From contig JAIOOV010000004.1 in assembly GCA_021414235.1 (NCBI GenBank), forward strand, positions 36,250 through 100,249: 64,000 nt of DNA, written 5' to 3'. Below the pieces are notes generated by a model that did no database searches, had not been told where the DNA came from, and was given only the letters and a program-made list of their open reading frames with translations. Source of the stretch: Candidatus Parcubacteria bacterium (lineage in GTDB: Bacteria; Patescibacteriota; Minisyncoccia; Phycocordibacterales; JAKFXT01). The first letter of the stretch is position 1. Each line of letters begins with the position of its first letter. The position numbers were made by a program, and so were the translations under genes. This document shows positions 62,366 to 64,000 of this stretch, piece by piece.

Positions 62366-63703
62366 ATGAGCACCTTCTCTCGACGCCTTTCCATAAAAAT
62401 CCTCGCTGCTCTTCTCGTCTTCTCTCTCGCATATGCTCCTGTGGCGCTGCTTCCGCAACTGGGGATTCAGGATGCTCTTGCTCAGGGGGAGGGGGGTCAA
62501 AATAACGGTAACGCTGGAGGTGCCACTATTGATATCAGTAACGATATGGTCGGTATTGATAGCCAGGGGCAACTTGATGGCCCGGCAACAATCTCAGTTT
62601 CAGTCAATGGAGGAGGTTTTGGAAACTTTGCTTCGTTCGTGATTGACGCGCTCACTCCTACTGTAGTGCAGATAGCGGTTATTGCTGCTACAGGTCAAAC
62701 TCTAGGAAGGGGAATTACAGGCTATGACAATCCTCTAAGTAACGCAGTCAGTTCTGCTGTCGGCAGTTTGGGCGGGAGCGGCGACAGGAGTTCCGGCACT
62801 GCGTCGGTCGGAACCTCTGCCGGGATTGTCGACCAGGCGGCAAATGATCTAGGGCTTTCGGCCTCAGGCAGCGATCGAACAGACTTTGGAAACGCGAGCC
62901 TAGGGGTCGGTACTAATCCGAGCGATGGCTCAGGTTCTCGGGGCCGAGAAGGCGATGCCCCCCTTTACTATGATTGGAACCAGAGGGCTGGTGATGCGCA
63001 GGATTTCTTAAGAAGTGTAAACAGATATTTCGACGTTTCATTCTCAGCCGACAAATCTAATGTTGTTCCCGGCGAGAGCCTCACCCTTTCTTGGAGATCA
63101 GAATCAGGCGGAGGCGCGCAATTCAGACCCGTTTGTTATGGAGCGGGACTTGATGGGGGATGGGCGGGACCAAAGGACCCGAACGGAACTTATGTCATCC
63201 CTTCCGTGCCTTCCGGTCAGCCTTACGTGTCTTTCCTGCTCACGTGTACGCGCCAAGTGATCATCTACCGCAGTGATACCGCAGGCGGCGATGATGTGTC
63301 TTACGAGCAAGGGGTGGCATCCGTGACTGTACCTGTAAGAAACTCCGCCCCCATCGCGTCTACTACTCCAGGCCGGCCACAGACGGTCCAGCCCCAACCT
63401 GTCCGCCCGCAGACCTCTGGAAGCTCGAGTGATTCTGCTCAAGGGCTCTCTATAAGCGCATCTCCGAGCTCAGTAGCTAGAGGAGGGCAAACGACCCTCT
63501 CCTGGTCCTCAGAAGGGAACAGCTCCTGCAGTCTCTCCGGCGGCTGGCCGGGGTCTATCACGGAAGGCGCAGCGCGCTCGGGCAGGGATGCTTCAGGTGT
63601 CTCCCGAATCTTCAATATTCTGGAAACCAGTACGTATAGGCTTTCCTGCGTGGGTGCAGACGGCGTAACCAGGGCAGTCTCGGCTACGGTGAACGTGCGG
63701 TAA
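62366..63703 (+). CDS. Secreted Gly/Ser-rich protein with two Ig/FN3-like repeats
   Basis: Signal peptide, a low-complexity G/S/D-rich region, then two similar beta-type repeats (SLTLSWRSESGG...; TTLSWSSEGNSSCSLSGG...). Confidence 0.5.
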   Translation: MSTFSRRLSIKILAALLVFSLAYAPVALLPQLGIQDALAQGEGGQNNGNAGGATIDISNDMVGIDSQGQLDGPATISVSVNGGGFGNFASFVIDALTPTVVQIAVIAATGQTLGRGITGYDNPLSNAVSSAVGSLGGSGDRSSGTASVGTSAGIVDQAANDLGLSASGSDRTDFGNASLGVGTNPSDGSGSRGREGDAPLYYDWNQRAGDAQDFLRSVNRYFDVSFSADKSNVVPGESLTLSWRSESGGGAQFRPVCYGAGLDGGWAGPKDPNGTYVIPSVPSGQPYVSFLLTCTRQVIIYRSDTAGGDDVSYEQGVASVTVPVRNSAPIASTTPGRPQTVQPQPVRPQTSGSSSDSAQGLSISASPSSVARGGQTTLSWSSEGNSSCSLSGGWPGSITEGAARSGRDASGVSRIFNILETSTYRLSCVGADGVTRAVSATVNVR

Positions 63704-63766
63704 TTAGCTCTCCCAATCTGTTATAATCGACGTATCAGCGCTTATTAATCAGTAATCCTTAATTGA

Positions 63767-64000
63767 ATGAATAGCATCTTCAGCGATATCGATCGCAATC
63801 GCGCAGCCAAGATCCTCCTGCTTATGGGTATCCTTGGTGCAATCTTCCTTGCTGGTCTCGCGTGGAATGAGTTCCGCGTAGCGGGCTTCGTAGGACATGA
63901 CGGCATGGTGCAGAGCACCATCACCGTAGATGGAACGGGTGAGGTGGTCACTAAGCCAGACATCGCCACTATCACCTTCTCGGTTGTAGAAGACGGTACG
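63767..64000 (+). CDS. SIMPL-domain (DUF541) protein, partial (continues past window end)
   Basis: MNSIFSDIDRNRAAKILLLMGILGAIFLAGLAWNEFRVAGFVGHDGMVQSTITVDGTGEVVTKPDIATITFSV matches the SIMPL N-terminal pattern. Confidence 0.6.
   Translation, partial: MNSIFSDIDRNRAAKILLLMGILGAIFLAGLAWNEFRVAGFVGHDGMVQSTITVDGTGEVVTKPDIATITFSVVEDGT

Noticed and set aside
1-64000. CRISPR arrays
   Set aside because: No run of regularly spaced direct repeats with unique spacers anywhere in the window. The only repeats found are isolated inverted repeats/terminators.
1-64000. Alternative genetic code (UGA reassignment, as in some CPR lineages)
   Set aside because: TGA terminates conserved genes at the expected length (e.g. 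uppS ...RHRRFGA-TGA, the 8027-8341 ORF, VirB4-N). No in-frame TGA is needed in any conserved protein, and GC content is high, so the standard code applies.

Overview
Most of this 64-kb window reads as the replication-origin neighbourhood of a small, moderately high-GC (about 55-58% by eye) bacterial chromosome with the standard genetic code. The most notable content is a nine-gene, single-strand type IV secretion (T4SS)-like locus at 11142-22078, plus scattered type IV pilus genes.

Organism inference: short housekeeping genes, a short-form YidC, T4SS and type IV pilus genes, and many secreted or membrane hypotheticals suggest a CPR/Patescibacteria-like organism. This is inference only.

Core housekeeping content:
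- The classic origin arrangement is present: rpmH-rnpA-yidC on the minus strand facing dnaA-dnaN on the plus strand. DnaA-box-like 9-mers and an AT-rich tract lie in the dnaA-dnaN spacer.
- Recognisable genes include rpsO, rpsT, rplS, a PcrA/UvrD helicase, rsmA(ksgA), ruvA/ruvB/ruvC, ruvX(yqgF), a YebC-family regulator, PBP1A, a Mur ligase, polA, a short holA-like ORF, tsaE, tyrS, uppS, an RluA-family synthase, plsC, malic enzyme, a PduO-type adenosyltransferase, and a LysM+M23 peptidase.
- Ten tRNAs are present: Lys-TTT, Arg-CCG, Arg-GCG, Ser-TGA, Arg-TCT, Val-TAC, Leu-GAG, His-GTG (three of the ten are Arg).
- Many clean hairpin terminators occur, several of them perfectly palindromic and bidirectional.

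T4SS-like locus (11142-22078): it encodes a PrgI/VirB3-like protein, a VirB4 ATPase split into two adjacent ORFs, a VirB6/TrbL-like polytopic membrane protein with a long charged tail, a putative VirB2-type pilin with a Cys-rich extension, and several secreted proteins of unknown function. No VirD4, relaxase or VirB11 is present in the window.

Type IV pilus genes are scattered: pilB at 31370-33067, and pilM-pilN-pilO at 45998-48183.

Other points of interest:
- Two large structured intergenic regions that may encode ncRNAs (603-853 and 31044-31345).
- A shared palindromic promoter/operator-like motif (TATATG(G)C...GC(C)ATATAAT) at two loci.
- Low-GC islets next to tRNA genes carrying a toxin/antitoxin-like pair and a P-loop kinase.
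- A GC-rich, self-contained lipoprotein transcription unit that looks foreign.
- An acyl-ACP-reductase (AAR)-like oxidoreductase.
- A large coiled-coil membrane protein with an internal tandem domain duplication.
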